Shown here: positions 61,751 through 64,000 of the stretch, piece after piece
Layout of the letters: every line of letters starts with the position of its first letter
How positions within the stretch are numbered: position 1 is the stretch's first letter
From: Felis catus
Taxonomy: Eukaryota
Assembly (NCBI RefSeq): GCF_018350175.1
Contig: NC_058373.1
Location: 100,752,001 to 100,816,000 of the forward strand
Direction of reading: 5' to 3'
Length of the DNA stretch: 64,000 nucleotides
Position numbers and translations under genes: made by a program
The notes under the pieces: model-generated
Told to the model about the DNA's origin: nothing
Databases searched by the model: none
Seen by the model: the letters and a program-made list of their open reading frames with translations, nothing else

Positions 61751-62142
61751 CAAGAAATACATCCCCATAATCAGGCTGGAAAAAAACATAATTTCTTTAG
61801 ACATAATTAAAAAATAATATCTGTTTATTTATTGATTCTAGTTATTGTTATGTAACAGTATTTGTATAAACATTTTATGTTCCCTTTAATTATTCTAGTT
61901 GCTTCCCTGTGTACTTTAGAGAAGTCATCTGACCTCATTAGTTTTGTTTTAGTTGTCTTTTAACTGTGAATGGGACAAGATGGTCTAAAATACCTTCTTA
62001 CACCAAAATTCTTATCTAAATGTCAAAAACCAATGATATTGGTAAGAATGAATTTTTAGCTTTGTTCTTATTGCATATGTCTGTTGCAGGAGAATTAGAA
62101 AACAGGGATTAGAGAGAAAATGTGTCTATAATTCATTAGAAT

Positions 62143-62250
62143 TATATATATATATACATACATATATATATATATAAAATCTATTCTCTCTCTCTCTATA
62201 TATATCTATATATATATAATCTATTCTATTCTATTCTATTTCTATTGTAT
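62143..62250. repeat. Compound (TA)n/(TC)n/(CTATT)n simple repeat
   Basis: Direct reading. Confidence 0.9.
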
Positions 62251-62399
62251 TATATCACCCAGTGATAACCATTGTTAATATTTTGAGTAACTATGAAAGT
62301 TTACATGATTTTGCCCATATGAATTGCAAAAATAGAAGCATTTGTAATTTTAATTCTATCTGCCTCCTGAAAGGAAATGTGAAACTGAATACTTTCACT

Positions 62400-63670
62400 T
62401 ATATTTTTCATTGAGTTATAATTCACAGACAGTAAAATCCACCCTTTTTTAGTGTGCAGTTTTGGAAAAAGCATATAGTCATATAACAACCACACAAATC
62501 AAGATGTAGAGCATTTGGATCAGTTCCAAAAGTTCTGTCATGTCTTTTTGTCATCAGTTCATCCCTGACTCCCAGATTCTGGCAACAATCCATCTTTTCT
62601 TTGTCCCTATAGTTTCCTCTTTTACAGAATGTCGTAGAGTATGTAGGCTTTTAAGTCTGGCTTCTTTCACTCAGTGCGATACGTTCACCCGTCTTGTGTG
62701 TACCAGCACTTTGTTCTTTTTATTGTTGAGTATTGTTCTATTGTTTAGATGAACCACAGCTTGTTGATCCATTTACCAGTTAAACGGCGTATGAGATGTT
62801 TCTAGTTTTTGGTGATTATGAATAAAGCCACTATTGCAAACATTTGCATTCAGATTTTGGCTTGAAGATGTTTTCATTTCTTTTGTAGTTAGGAGAGGGC
62901 TGCCCAATCATACAGTATGTGTGTATAACTTTCTGAGAAACAACCAAAGGGTTTTCCCCAGTGAATGAACCATTTTTCATTTCTAACAGCAAAGTATGAA
63001 AGTTCTCATTGCTCTGCATCTCTGTCAGCATCTGGTATTGTCAGGATTTTTTGTTTTTTGTTTTTTTTTAAGCCAAGCTAATAGATATGTAGTGGTATCT
63101 CCTCATAGTTTAAATTTGCATTTACCTAGTGACAAATGATGTTGAGCATCTTTGAATGTGCTTCTTTGTCATCTATCTATATGTCTTTTTTTGGTGAAGT
63201 GTTTACATCTTTTACCTATTTTTTTAATTGGGTTGTCTGTTTTCTTATTATTGCATTTTAAGAGTCCTTTATATATTTTGGATTAAAGCCCTTTATCACA
63301 TATTTGTGTTAGGAATATTTTTTTACAAGTCTGTGGCTTATTTTTTCATTTTTTTTATAGTGTCTTTTGATGAACAGGAGTTTTAGTTTTGATGAAGTTC
63401 AGCTTATCAACTTCTTTTGTGTATCATGTTTTTGTCTCATGTCCAAAAAATCATTGCCTAACCCAAGGTCTCAAGATTTTCTGCTATGTTTCCTTGCAGA
63501 GATGTATAGTCTTAGTTTTTACATTTAGGTCTATAGTTCATTTTAGGTTAGTTTTTATATATGGTATGAAGTATGGGTCAAGATGCATTCTTTAGCCTAT
63601 AGATGTCCAGTTGTCCCGGAACCATGTGTTGAAATGACTATCCTTTCCCCATTGAATTGCTTTTGCAACA
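62400..63670 (-). mobile_element. Old L1 3' portion
   Basis: CTGGCTTCTTTCACTCAG..GTGGTATCTC..TTTGCATTT..TGATGTTGAGCATCTT..TTTACATTTAGGTCTAT. Confidence 0.9.
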
Positions 63671-63913
63671 TTCCATTTTGGTAAATAACATAAACCAGTA
63701 ATTTGCATATATTGCCAATGCCAGTTCACAGGGGTCTATGGCTGGATCTGTTTTACGTGTCATATGTGTAACTGAGATGACAGACTATGTTTGGAGAGAA
63801 TCAGTACCTCTTAGAGCAGGTTAATTTTAACATTTTTCTCTAGTGTATCAGCAGATTCTACTCTATTTTGTGAGATCTGTTTACAAGTTCTGGTTTCCAT
63901 TAGAAAAAATATG

Positions 63914-63915
<2 letters not shown>

Positions 63916-63945
<30 letters not shown>
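63916..63945. repeat. (CA)n microsatellite
   Basis: Direct reading. Confidence 0.95.
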
Positions 63946-63947
<2 letters not shown>

Positions 63948-64000
63948 ACCATACACAGTCTTTGCCTTTGGGTTCATTTACTCAAAGTTTTCATAATTTT

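Noticed and set aside
1..64000. Scattered AP-1 heptamers and SINE strand bias (about 19 minus vs 10 plus) as evidence for a host gene and its direction
   Set aside because: The AP-1 count is near random expectation, the strand skew is modest and L1s occur on both strands; no host gene can be named
1..64000. CRISPR array, NUMT, rRNA, snRNA, Y RNA or known miRNA
   Set aside because: No repeat-spacer array and no sequence matching these classes was recognised by eye; an Rfam/BLAST search would be needed to exclude them fully

Overview
Mammalian, almost certainly cat-family (feliform) nuclear DNA. The evidence is about 29 tRNA-derived CanSINEs carrying the feliform-type GTGCTGACAGC(TC)AGAGCCTG(GAGCCTG)CTT segment, plus carnivore-type L1 3' ends. 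I recognise no intact protein-coding gene, RNA gene or CRISPR array, so the window reads as intronic or intergenic sequence. It is dominated by transposon fossils: CanSINEs, L1, L2, MIR, CR1/L3, MLT2, LTR33-like and ERV1-like LTRs, and hAT elements including a Cheshire/MER58-like transposase relic. Several repeat-poor islands may be regulatory. The listed ORFs that resemble proteins are L1 or hAT remnants; the rest look like chance or SINE-derived frames. The best-supported unusual observations are genome-repair and retrotransposition scars. (1) A 276-bp, 275/276-identical inverted copy of nearby DNA sits in the middle of a SINE (58035-58310 vs 59115-59390). (2) A 5'-inverted L1 is flanked by a ~135-bp target duplication. 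(3) There is a tail-only retro-insertion with a 22-bp TSD. (4) Several small template-switch micro-rearrangements are present. I see no evidence for a new gene-encoded system. Repeat family names come from recalled consensus sequences, not a database search, and boundaries of old repeats are approximate.
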